This document shows positions 1 through 8,546 of a stretch of DNA of 32,000 nucleotides, one piece after another. Numbering within the stretch: the first letter of the stretch is position 1; each line of letters opens with the position of its first letter. The translations under genes and the position numbers were made by a program. The notes under the pieces are model-generated. The model was not told the DNA's origin. It saw only the letters and a list, made by a program, of their open reading frames with translations, and searched no databases. Origin of the DNA: Nonlabens ponticola (lineage in GTDB: Bacteria; Bacteroidota; Bacteroidia; Flavobacteriales; Flavobacteriaceae); the NCBI RefSeq assembly GCF_003966335.1, contig NZ_CP034549.1, forward strand, positions 600,001 to 632,000. Direction: 5' to 3'.

Positions 1-2
1 TC

Positions 3-188
3 AAGGTCGCGACACAACCTATTTTTGGCACACGTGGTTACTCCATAGGTCACTATGCTCAAATTAAAAGAGCAGATTTGCTGGTGATGAACGCGCCTAA
101 AAGATCTAAAGCAATCGATCGCATGTTCCCACACGATATGGAGTACATACTCAATGAACTACCTACTGATGTCCTGATTGTACGATGA
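3..188 (+). CDS. 3-prime end of a CDS entering from upstream of the window. Product not assignable; the C-terminus is only weakly universal-stress-protein-like.
   Basis: Frame 3 is open from the window edge to TGA at 186-188 (...GTRGYSIGHYAQIKRADLLVMNAPKRSKAIDRMFPHDMEYILNELPTDVLIVR*). The stop overlaps the next ATG as ATGA (185-188). Confidence 0.45.
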   Translation, partial: KVATQPIFGTRGYSIGHYAQIKRADLLVMNAPKRSKAIDRMFPHDMEYILNELPTDVLIVR

Positions 189-2392
189 GCGAGAAATTAA
201 AAAGTAACGACTCATTCTTCAAGAGTCTACCACGCAATATTTTTAGTGGATTTGTGGTAAGTCTTATCGCATTGCCGTTAGGTCTAGGTCTGGCCATGGC
301 AAGTGAGGCTCCACCTATTGCTGGAGTGATCGCCGCGGTCATTGGTGGATTAGTGGTTTCCATACTAGGTGGTAGTCATGTAACTATCGCTGGCCCAGGT
401 AACGGCCTAGTAGGTGTTCTTCTTGTGGCGATTGCTACGTTGGGACTTGAGGCTACTTATGCTGCCATCATATGTTCTGGAGTGTTACTTGCCTTATTAG
501 GATTTTTGAGATTAGGCATACTAGCAGACTTCTTTCCTTCTAGTGCGATAAAAGGAATGCTTGCAGCCATAGGTCTCATAATACTAGGCAAGCAATTTCA
601 TATCATGTTGGGCAATCGATTGAGTCTTGATGGTAGTATTGAGTATTTAATTGCCATCCCACAAACCATTATTGGTATAGTCAGCTATCAAAATACCGGG
701 TTGCTGTATGCAGCAGGCGCAGGAATTCTTGCGCTGGCAATCATGGTAATTTATCCTAAGATCCATAATAAATACTTTCACCTTGTTCCTGCACCTATGT
801 GGATAGTTTTGATTTCCATAGGTTTCAGTTATTGGTATGAGTTAGTTCTTAAAGCACCTAATCCTATTAATGCAGATTATATGCTGTCAGGTATACCATC
901 AGGTGCTAAAATCATTGAACAATTACCAACGCCTGACTTCAACTTTGTAACAACTACAGGTTTCTGGAGTAGCGTGGTTGCCATTACCTTGATTGCAAGT
1001 ATTGAATCGTTGTTGAGTATCAAAGCAGTCGATCAGCTAGATCCAGAAAAACGTAGATCTAATGTCAATAAAGATCTTAAAGCTTTGGGACTAGCTACTA
1101 TTGGTAGCGGTTTTTTAGGAGGTTTGAATGTCGTGACGGTTATTGCACGCAGTTCTGTCAACGTGAATAATGGTGGTACTAATCGATCTTCAAATTTTGC
1201 TCATGCTTTTTTCTTGGTGATTTTTATCGTGTTGTTCAGCACGCAATTGACACGAATTCCTTTACCAGCTTTAATGGCAATATTGGTTTATACAGGATAT
1301 AAATTGGCGTCACCTATGCGGCTCTTAAAGATTTTTAGGATAGGTAAGGAGCAAGCCGTCATTTTCTTGACTACACTTGCTGTAACCCTGCTGGTAGGAC
1401 TTATATCAGGAATTTTAGCTGGTGTCGCGATGACCTTTATTACACATCTATTTGTGACGCGCAATCCAGAGTTGTTTTTTAAGAACTTGCGAAAACCTAA
1501 CGTGCTGATGTTTAGAGAATCGACCGGTAAACAGCAGTACTATATCAACGTCAAGCACTTTTGCACATTTCTCAACTTTTACAAACTCAAGGAAAAGCTC
1601 AATCAGATTCCTGAAAACGAGATTGTAGTCATTGATTTCTCCTTATGCGATTTTGTGGACCACACCGCTATGAGCAATTTGAGTGACTATCAAGAGGTGT
1701 TTCACAAGCGCGATGGTCATCTAGAAATAATAGGTCTAGATCAACATAATGCAGACACGCAACATCCATTTGCGCTGCGTCATTTATTACCAGGCATTAA
1801 ACTGTTCACAACAAATTTTACTAGAAGGCAAAAGACATTACAGCAAATTGCTGCCGACTATCACCTACAATATGATGCTGGTAGTAAGCGTGATACTTAT
1901 GTGTTAGAAGGTTTTCGCTTTTTTGCTACAAAGCATGTTGAGCATATTTACAACAGGCTTTTTGATAAGGAACATCGCTTTACGGTATTTGACATCGCCT
2001 ATTCTGAAGGTGCGCTGATTACCAAAGAAGAAGTACGCACCACCATGCTGCACATTGAACTGGATCAAACCATTCCAGAATTTACACTTGACCGTGATGG
2101 GTTTCTGGCAAAACTCTATGCTATTTCAGGATTCAAGGACATTGCTATAGAACGCCATCCAGAGTTCACCAGCCGCTTTTACTTATTAGGTCAAGACGAT
2201 CACGAGATCAAGACATTTTTTAAAGATGAGTTGGTGCTGTTCTTTGAAAGCAACCCATACTATCATGTAGAATCTCATGCAAACGGCCTACTTATTTTTC
2301 ACAACGAGCGTACTGCTGGTGTTAGAGAAGTGAGAGCGTTGATTGATTTTGGTAAACGCCTCAGCGTGGTGCTGGACAATATACCCTTGTAA
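185..2392 (+). CDS. SulP-family inorganic anion permease with a STAS domain and an extra C-terminal domain of about 190 aa of unknown family
   Basis: 735-aa ORF with an ATG start. It has a multi-TM N-terminal approximately 430 aa typical of SulP/SLC26 (FSGFVVSLIALPLGLGLAMASEAPP, IESLLS, GGLNVVTVIARSSVNVNNGG). A STAS-like segment follows (IVVIDFSLCDFVDHTAMSNLSDY...LEIIGLD). Residues about 545-735 are additional. Confidence 0.85.
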   Translation: MSEKLKSNDSFFKSLPRNIFSGFVVSLIALPLGLGLAMASEAPPIAGVIAAVIGGLVVSILGGSHVTIAGPGNGLVGVLLVAIATLGLEATYAAIICSGVLLALLGFLRLGILADFFPSSAIKGMLAAIGLIILGKQFHIMLGNRLSLDGSIEYLIAIPQTIIGIVSYQNTGLLYAAGAGILALAIMVIYPKIHNKYFHLVPAPMWIVLISIGFSYWYELVLKAPNPINADYMLSGIPSGAKIIEQLPTPDFNFVTTTGFWSSVVAITLIASIESLLSIKAVDQLDPEKRRSNVNKDLKALGLATIGSGFLGGLNVVTVIARSSVNVNNGGTNRSSNFAHAFFLVIFIVLFSTQLTRIPLPALMAILVYTGYKLASPMRLLKIFRIGKEQAVIFLTTLAVTLLVGLISGILAGVAMTFITHLFVTRNPELFFKNLRKPNVLMFRESTGKQQYYINVKHFCTFLNFYKLKEKLNQIPENEIVVIDFSLCDFVDHTAMSNLSDYQEVFHKRDGHLEIIGLDQHNADTQHPFALRHLLPGIKLFTTNFTRRQKTLQQIAADYHLQYDAGSKRDTYVLEGFRFFATKHVEHIYNRLFDKEHRFTVFDIAYSEGALITKEEVRTTMLHIELDQTIPEFTLDRDGFLAKLYAISGFKDIAIERHPEFTSRFYLLGQDDHEIKTFFKDELVLFFESNPYYHVESHANGLLIFHNERTAGVREVRALIDFGKRLSVVLDNIPL

Positions 2393-2448
2393 GGGTATTT
2401 CATGTTCTAGAATAATAATCTAGGTTTAGCCTTCAACATTATCATTTC

Positions 2449-2895
2449 ATGAAACATCTCCTATTCCTCTCGTTTGCCATAATGCTGCTATCGATCTCAA
2501 CCTGTAATGGGCAAAAAATCACCGGCATCAAATATTCATTGTTTGAAAAGCACCCTGATAATTATTGGCTCAAGATAACGCCCAACATGTTTGACGGTAA
2601 TATTGCAGAGACCACAAAAACCTCAGGCATCTATGCCGTAATGATATGCTATACCTATAATGGTAAAGAAAAGTCTGTATATCAAGACGTGACCTCAAAG
2701 TTTGTGGCTGGAGAGGATTATACCTTTTCATTTTCATATGGCAGCGCAAGCCTTGATAAACTCAAGGTAAATAACATCACATTCTTCAGGCGAGATATGG
2801 ATCGCAGCACCTATCCAGATAAGGATAATTGCCACGACAATGTTGCCTTATCAGGCGCTAATAGCTACAACGTGAGCATGCTGTACAATCGTTAG
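2449..2895 (+). CDS. Hypothetical small secreted protein or lipoprotein
   Basis: 148-aa ORF. N-terminal signal peptide MKHLLFLSFAIMLLSISTC followed by a polar mature part with several Cys. I recognise no family. Confidence 0.6.
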   Translation: MKHLLFLSFAIMLLSISTCNGQKITGIKYSLFEKHPDNYWLKITPNMFDGNIAETTKTSGIYAVMICYTYNGKEKSVYQDVTSKFVAGEDYTFSFSYGSASLDKLKVNNITFFRRDMDRSTYPDKDNCHDNVALSGANSYNVSMLYNR

Positions 2896-2967
2896 ACCCT
2901 TAAACAAAACACAATATTAGCCAGCACATATCGCGCGTCCTGACCATTTTTGTATTTTGCCTATTGT

Positions 2968-3828
2968 ATGAAAATCCATCCAGTAGAGGCAGGTAATTTT
3001 AAATTAGACGGCGGCGCTATGTTTGGAGTCGTGCCTAAAAGTTTGTGGCAACGCACTAATCCTGCAGACGCTAACAACATGATTGACATGGCGGCTCGAT
3101 GCCTGCTTATCGAGAATGGCGATCGATTGACGCTCATAGACACTGGAATGGGAGATAAGCAGTCAGAGAAGTTTTTTGGCTACTACTACATGGATCACAA
3201 ATTCAATCTTGATAGCTCACTTAAAAGTCTAGGTTTTTCACGAGATGACATTACAGATGTGTTCTTGACCCACTTGCATTTTGACCATTGTGGTGGCGTG
3301 ATACAACAATCTAGTAAAGGTGATTTTTATGAGCCCGCTTTCGCGAAAGCTAACTTCTACACCAACTCCAGTCACTGGAAATGGGCCACAGAACCCAACG
3401 ACAGAGAGAAAGCCAGCTTTTTAAGTGAGAACATACTACCTATCCAAGAAAGCGGACAGTTAAAATACATTGAGCAGTCCAGCACATTTGAGACCGCCCT
3501 AGAAATGGATTTTGATATCCTATTTGTCGATGGTCACACAGAAAAGATGATGATACCACATATAAAGGTAGGCGATAAGACCTTCGTTTATATGGCAGAC
3601 TTGTTGCCTACGGCCGGTCACGTGCCGTTACCTTATGTTATGGGTTATGATACGCGGCCATTGCTAACACTAGACGAGAAACAAAAATTTCTTGAGAAAG
3701 CAGCACGAGAAAATTACTACCTGATCCTAGAGCACGACCCTCACCATGAGATCATCACGGTTAAACAAACAGATCGCGGCGTGCGTCACGACCAGACCTA
3801 TACATTTAAAGACTTATTAAACTATTAA
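2968..3828 (+). CDS. MBL-fold metallo-hydrolase
   Basis: Metallo-beta-lactamase motif THLHFDHCGG plus downstream DGH and His/Asp ligands. The track ORF starts at a TTG (2950); the first ATG (2968, MKIHPVEAGNFKLDGG) is the more likely start. Confidence 0.85.
   Translation: MKIHPVEAGNFKLDGGAMFGVVPKSLWQRTNPADANNMIDMAARCLLIENGDRLTLIDTGMGDKQSEKFFGYYYMDHKFNLDSSLKSLGFSRDDITDVFLTHLHFDHCGGVIQQSSKGDFYEPAFAKANFYTNSSHWKWATEPNDREKASFLSENILPIQESGQLKYIEQSSTFETALEMDFDILFVDGHTEKMMIPHIKVGDKTFVYMADLLPTAGHVPLPYVMGYDTRPLLTLDEKQKFLEKAARENYYLILEHDPHHEIITVKQTDRGVRHDQTYTFKDLLNY
3337..3350. repeat. In-CDS copy of the palindromic core GCTTTCGCGAAAGC, encoding AFAKA within the MBL hydrolase
   Basis: Exact 14-bp palindrome, read as gct ttc gcg aaa gc. 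The flank cccGCTTTCGCGAAAGCtaac matches the intergenic element apart from one missing G, which moves the element's TAA out of frame. Confidence 0.8.
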
Positions 3829-3838
3829 ATTAAAAATC

Positions 3839-5485
3839 ATGAACAATCCTATATTAAAATACGGCTTTATGAGTATCGCGGCAGCGACAATACTTACTGG
3901 CTGTGGTAGTGGTAACAATCTCACAATTGTCTCGCCACCTATTGAAAATATCGATCAACAACCACTCAAAGCATCAGAACTCAATGAGTTTGAGGCGCAA
4001 AACTGGAAAGATCTTGACTTGGGTCAGGACACGATCCCAGGAATGTCGGTTAATAAAGCTTATTCCCAAATATTAACCATGACTAAAAATGGTCAACAAG
4101 TAGTGCGCAAAGGCGAGCCAGTTATTGTTGCTGTAATAGACAGCGGTGTTGACACAGAGCATGAAGATCTGGATGGAGTGTTATGGGTAAATGAAGACGA
4201 GATTCCAGGAAATGGTATTGATGATGATAAAAACGGTTACATTGACGATGTACATGGCTGGAATTTTCTAGGCGATATCATTGAGGAAAACCTAGAATAT
4301 GAACGAATTGTACGAGACGCTGATAAGCTACCAGCTGATATCGTTGCAAAAGCCCGTAAAGAATACAACGAGAAGCTCTCACAAGCTACAGAGCAAAAAG
4401 CATTTTTAGAACAGCAACTACAAGCTGTTAAAGAGGCTCAACAAACCCTTCAACAAGCAACGGGTAAGAATGAGTTTACTATAGAAGATGTCAACAAAAT
4501 TGAAGCTAATAATGAAAATTTGAATCGGGCAAAACTTATAGGTCAACAAGTGATCAACAACTATGAGAGCTTTGAAAACATTCTTGAATTAATCAATAAC
4601 GATCTTAACGAGACAATTGCTTTATTGAATGGAGAGAAGCTCAAGACTAACTACCGTATGGACATCTTAGGTGATGATCCATATGTATGGGATACTGGCA
4701 TCTATGGAAACAATGAATATTCAGGACCAGACCCAGAGAAAGCAGATGCTTTTCATGGTACTCACGTGGCAGGTATCATCGCTGCAGAGCGTGACAACGG
4801 TAAAGGAGTTAATGGTGTGGCAAACAATGCGCGCATTATGGTATTGAGAGCAGTTTCTCAAGCAGATGAATATGATAAGGACGTAGCAAAAGCTATACGC
4901 TATGCAGCAGATAACGGTGCCAAGGTAATTAACACAAGCTTTGGTAAATACCACTCGCCTAATCCAGAATGGGTTTGGGAAGCAATTGAGTATGCAGCTA
5001 GTAAGGATGTATTAATTGTAAATGCTGCTGGTAATGAAGGTATCGATACTGATGTTACACAAGTATATCCACAAGATCAAGAAGGTGCTGGAGAAGAAAT
5101 CAGCGATAATTTCTTGACAGTAGGCGCTTTAAATTATAGATATGGGCCTAACGTGGTGGCTAATTTCTCAAACTATGGTGGTAGATCTGTGGACGTATTT
5201 GCACCAGGTGTAGCAGTTTACTCAACCGCGCCTAATAATAAATATCGTAACGCAGGTGGAACCAGCATGGCATCGCCAGCAGTCGCTGGAGTTGCTGCAG
5301 TATTAAGATCACAGTTTCCTAAGTTAACTGCTGCTCAAACAAAGCAAATTATAATGGATAGTGGATTAACATTGCCAATTGATGTCGTTCTGGGTGATGA
5401 TACTACACAAGCATTTACAGACATTACAGTTTCTGGAAAAATGGCTAATCTATATAACGCACTGATTCTCGCTTCCAAGATTTAA
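3839..5485 (+). CDS. S8 (subtilisin-family) serine peptidase, lipoprotein
   Basis: Lipobox LTGC at residues 19-22. Catalytic motifs are VAVIDSGVD (Asp101), HGTHVAG (His306), AAGNEG (Asn399) and GTSMASP (Ser476). It starts 10 nt after the MBL gene. Confidence 0.9.
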   Translation: MNNPILKYGFMSIAAATILTGCGSGNNLTIVSPPIENIDQQPLKASELNEFEAQNWKDLDLGQDTIPGMSVNKAYSQILTMTKNGQQVVRKGEPVIVAVIDSGVDTEHEDLDGVLWVNEDEIPGNGIDDDKNGYIDDVHGWNFLGDIIEENLEYERIVRDADKLPADIVAKARKEYNEKLSQATEQKAFLEQQLQAVKEAQQTLQQATGKNEFTIEDVNKIEANNENLNRAKLIGQQVINNYESFENILELINNDLNETIALLNGEKLKTNYRMDILGDDPYVWDTGIYGNNEYSGPDPEKADAFHGTHVAGIIAAERDNGKGVNGVANNARIMVLRAVSQADEYDKDVAKAIRYAADNGAKVINTSFGKYHSPNPEWVWEAIEYAASKDVLIVNAAGNEGIDTDVTQVYPQDQEGAGEEISDNFLTVGALNYRYGPNVVANFSNYGGRSVDVFAPGVAVYSTAPNNKYRNAGGTSMASPAVAGVAAVLRSQFPKLTAAQTKQIIMDSGLTLPIDVVLGDDTTQAFTDITVSGKMANLYNALILASKI

Positions 5486-5507
5486 GATATATTTAATATT
5501 TGTAGGA

Positions 5508-5537
5508 AAACCTCAACCTATTGTTGAGGTTTTTTTA
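5508..5537 (+). terminator. Rho-independent terminator after the S8 peptidase gene
   Basis: 10-bp stem aaacctcaac / gttgaggttt with a 5-nt loop, followed by TTTTATTGTTTT. Confidence 0.8.
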
Positions 5538-5560
5538 TTGTTTTACGTTGACAACATTTG

Positions 5561-5568
5561 TAGCTTTG
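5561..5568 (+). promoter_or_regulatory. Candidate Bacteroidota -7 box (TAGCTTTG)
   Basis: Matches TAnnTTTG, with a TTG about 20 nt upstream (5538-5540). It lies about 155 nt upstream of the small ORF at 5724. Confidence 0.3.
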
Positions 5569-5723
5569 CCACGTTAGACACTTGATAAGCTGTGAATAAC
5601 TTGAATGAACTTTAGTTAATACTATCGATGAAACACCTGGATTTTGGTTATTTGAAACCAAGCCGAGTGTTTTGACGTAAAAAGTTATAGAAAACCCTAC
5701 TTTCGCATTTAGTTTACTTATAC

Positions 5724-5924
5724 ATGAAGCGTGAATTTATCTTACTGTGCATTTCCCTGATGCAAGAAACTAGTGGACCGCCGCCGCCTATGTCGCCTGC
5801 GCCACCTGTTGGTAATCAAGTTCCATTGGATTCTGGTATTGCTATACTATTGGTAGCAGCAATCTTATTAGGTATAGGATATGTTTGGTACGTTCAAGTT
5901 TCTTCAAGATCTCAAGTCAAGTAA
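5724..5924 (+). CDS. Hypothetical 66-aa Pro-rich, membrane-anchored mini-protein
   Basis: ORF MKREFILLCISLMQETSGPPPPMSPAPPVGNQVPLDSGIAILLVAAILLGIGYVWYVQVSSRSQVK. It has a hydrophobic N-terminus, a proline run, VPLDSG plus a TM helix, and a basic tail. The last 21 nt overlap the ribE 3-prime end on the other strand. Confidence 0.35.
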   Translation: MKREFILLCISLMQETSGPPPPMSPAPPVGNQVPLDSGIAILLVAAILLGIGYVWYVQVSSRSQVK

Positions 5925-6494
5925 ACGACTTACATATTTCCCTATTACATCAAATTCTAGATTGACCTCATCACCTTTTTTAAGTTGATGAAAGCTTGTA
6001 TGCTCATAGGTATACGGTATGATGGCCACTGAAAACCCATCATTTTTGGAATCTACTACGGTCAAGCTTACACCATTTACACAAATGCTGCCTTTTTCAA
6101 TGGTAACGTTGTTAGCCTTGCTATCATATTGAAAGGTAAACTTCCATGATCCGTTTTGATTTTCTATTTGTGTGCAGGTGGCAATTTGATCTACATGACC
6201 TTGAACAATATGACCATCGAGTCGAGCATTCATGAGCATGGCGCGTTCAATATTGACAACAGTACCTATCTTCCAGGAATTGAGATTGGTTTTTTCTAAT
6301 GTTTCTCTTATAGCAGTAACAGTGTATTGATCGCCGTTGATTGCGACTACTGTCAAGCAAACGCCATTGTGTGCAATACTTTGATCAATTTTAAGTTCTG
6401 CTGTTAACGCAGTTTTTAAGGTATAGTGAATATTATCTAGATCAACTTTAATATCAACAATAGTAGCGGCAGTCTCTATGATTCCTGTAAACAT
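5904..6494 (-). CDS. ribE: Riboflavin synthase (alpha chain)
   Basis: 196 aa. It has the canonical N-terminus MFTGIIE and two lumazine-binding repeats (GDS/NGVCLTV and CVNGVSLTV). Confidence 0.93.
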   Translation of the reverse strand: MFTGIIETAATIVDIKVDLDNIHYTLKTALTAELKIDQSIAHNGVCLTVVAINGDQYTVTAIRETLEKTNLNSWKIGTVVNIERAMLMNARLDGHIVQGHVDQIATCTQIENQNGSWKFTFQYDSKANNVTIEKGSICVNGVSLTVVDSKNDGFSVAIIPYTYEHTSFHQLKKGDEVNLEFDVIGKYVSRLLDLRS

Positions 6495-6553
6495 AAGTGG
6501 TTTAAATCCGTTATTTTTATCCTTTCAAAAATACAGCGTAAAGCTTGTAAAAT

Positions 6554-7603
6554 ATGGCCAAAACAGACAATATAAAGGTAGGTATCTCCATAGGTGACCC
6601 AAATGGAATAGGTGGTGAAGTGATTATAAAGGCGTTTGAGGATCCGGCTATGCTTGAAATGTACACGCCAATTATATTTGGTAGCACGAGGCTATTTTCC
6701 CATGTTATAAAATCAATCGATTCTCAGGTCAAGATTCATGGTGTCAAAACGGTGGACGAGGCAATTCCTGGACGCATCAATGTGGTACGTCTTTTCAAGG
6801 AAGACTTTGCTATTGAATGGGGTACCGTCTCACCACAAGCTGGTAAAATGGCGGTTGAGAGTTTACAAGCAGCCGTAGCGGCTCTCAAGGAAGATCAAAT
6901 AGATGTATTAGTAACAGCTCCAATAAATAAAGAGTCCATACAATCAGACGATTTTAAATTTCCTGGGCATACGGATTACCTCAATCAAGAGTTAGTAGGC
7001 GAGAGCCTCATGTTCATGGTTTCTGAAAATCTCAAGGTAGGTTTGCTTACGGACCACGTTCCCATCAGTGAGGTGAGCAACAGTATCACTCCAAAGCTTA
7101 TTAAAACCAAGATAGGCACTATCAAAGAATCTCTTAAAAAGGATTTTGCTATCAACCGTCCAAAAATTGCCGTCTTAGGTATCAATCCGCATGTTGGTGA
7201 TAATGGCGTGATAGGATCTGATGATCAAGACACATTGATTCCTGCATTGGAGGAACTGCGAGAAGATGGTAACATTATTTTTGGCCCTTATGCGGCAGAT
7301 ACTTTTTTTGGTAATCAAAATTTCAAAAACTTTGACGCCATTCTCGCTAGCTACCACGATCAAGGTTTAGCGCCATTCAAGACGATCAGTTTTGGTAGTG
7401 GCGTGAACTATACAGCAGGTTTGAGTCATGTGAGAACCAGCCCAGATCACGGGACAGGTTTTGACATCGCCGGTAAGAACCAGGCAAATCCTAGCTCAAT
7501 GCGTGCAGCCATTCATACAGCCGTTGCCATCTATAACAATCGTAAATTATATGACGAGCTCACCGCAAACCCATTAAAAAATCAGTCGCGCAAACGCAGG
7601 TAA
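6554..7603 (+). CDS. pdxA: 4-hydroxythreonine-4-phosphate dehydrogenase
   Basis: 349 aa. PdxA hallmarks are GDPNGIGGE, FPGHTDYL, LLTDHVP, NPHVGDNG, YHDQGL and RTSPDHGT. Confidence 0.9.
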   Translation: MAKTDNIKVGISIGDPNGIGGEVIIKAFEDPAMLEMYTPIIFGSTRLFSHVIKSIDSQVKIHGVKTVDEAIPGRINVVRLFKEDFAIEWGTVSPQAGKMAVESLQAAVAALKEDQIDVLVTAPINKESIQSDDFKFPGHTDYLNQELVGESLMFMVSENLKVGLLTDHVPISEVSNSITPKLIKTKIGTIKESLKKDFAINRPKIAVLGINPHVGDNGVIGSDDQDTLIPALEELREDGNIIFGPYAADTFFGNQNFKNFDAILASYHDQGLAPFKTISFGSGVNYTAGLSHVRTSPDHGTGFDIAGKNQANPSSMRAAIHTAVAIYNNRKLYDELTANPLKNQSRKRR

Positions 7604-7633
7604 TATTAACAATGCATTTTTAATAACTTTTAT

Positions 7634-7641
7634 TATCTTTG
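7634..7641 (+). promoter_or_regulatory. Candidate -7 box (TATCTTTG) for yceD-rpmF
   Basis: Matches TAnnTTTG 25 nt upstream of the ATG at 7666. Confidence 0.35.
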
Positions 7642-7665
7642 CCCGCTCTTTGAAAGGAGAAGATT

Positions 7666-8202
7666 ATGGAACTCAAGGCATTCAACATAGCCTTTGCTGG
7701 ATTAAAGCAAGGCAAGCATGAATTTAAATTTGAGCTCGATAATACGTTTTTTGAAAATTATGGTTATGATGACTTTAATGCTGCAAGCGTTATTGTCGAT
7801 GTAGTGTTAGATAAGCGTTCAACGCTCATGGATCTATCCTTAAATGGCTCAGGAACAGTCAATGTCAATTGTGACTTGACTAATGAACCGTTTGATATGC
7901 CGGTGGATTCACAAATGGATATTGTGATCAAATTTGGTGACAGGTTCAATGATGAGAACGAGGATTTGTTGATACTACCTCATGGAGAGTACGAGTTTAA
8001 TGTAGCACAATACCTGTATGAATCAGTAGTGTTGAGCATACCATTTAAAAAAGTACATCCAGGCATAGAGGACGGCACGCTAGATTCAGATATTCTGGAT
8101 CGACTTGAAGAACTCAAGCCTAGAGAAACCATAGATAAAGAAGACACGAGTACCGACCCTAGATGGGACGCATTAAAAAATTTAAAAACGGATAATAATT
8201 AA
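7666..8202 (+). CDS. yceD: YceD/DUF177-family protein (23S rRNA accumulation / large-subunit biogenesis associated)
   Basis: 178-aa acidic protein immediately upstream (5 nt) of rpmF, which is the conserved yceD-rpmF arrangement. It has the typical Cys/Asp-containing central segment ([10 protein letters not shown]). Confidence 0.75.
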   Translation: MELKAFNIAFAGLKQGKHEFKFELDNTFFENYGYDDFNAASVIVDVVLDKRSTLMDLSLNGSGTVNVNCDLTNEPFDMPVDSQMDIVIKFGDRFNDENEDLLILPHGEYEFNVAQYLYESVVLSIPFKKVHPGIEDGTLDSDILDRLEELKPRETIDKEDTSTDPRWDALKNLKTDNN

Positions 8203-8207
8203 TAGCC

Positions 8208-8405
8208 ATGGCGCATCCTAAGAGAAAAATCTCCAAAACAAGAAGAGATAAAAGAAGAACTCACTACAAGGCAACAGTTCCTCAAATAGCAACTGACTCA
8301 ACTACTGGTGAGGCTCACCTATACCATAGAGCACACTGGCATGAAGGTAAATTGTATTACCGTGGTAATGTTCTTATAGACAAGACTGAAACTGCCGAGG
8401 CTTAA
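8208..8405 (+). CDS. rpmF: 50S ribosomal protein L32
   Basis: 65 aa with N-terminus [19 protein letters not shown], as is typical of bL32. Confidence 0.93.
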   Translation: MAHPKRKISKTRRDKRRTHYKATVPQIATDSTTGEAHLYHRAHWHEGKLYYRGNVLIDKTETAEA

Positions 8406-8456
8406 CCAAGCTTTCAGTTATTTCTAGAAAACAACCGTTTTCTTTATAAATCCTTA

Positions 8457-8503
8457 AAAATGACACGTTTTTGTTATAAATGTGTCATTTTTTGTTGTTT
8501 TTT
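8457..8503 (+). terminator. Rho-independent terminator after rpmF
   Basis: Stem aaaatgacac / gtgtcatttt with a long AT-rich loop, followed by TTGTTGTTTTTT. A weaker hairpin (agaaaac/gttttct) lies at 8426-8443. Confidence 0.6.
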
Positions 8504-8546
8504 AGTAGCTTTCAAGGCTGTAGTTATTTAACTAGAAAACCAAAGT

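Noticed and set aside
6495-6553. A possible FMN riboswitch upstream of ribE.
   Set aside because: The divergent ribE/pdxA spacer is only 59 nt and lacks the conserved FMN-element sequence blocks, so it is too short for the aptamer.
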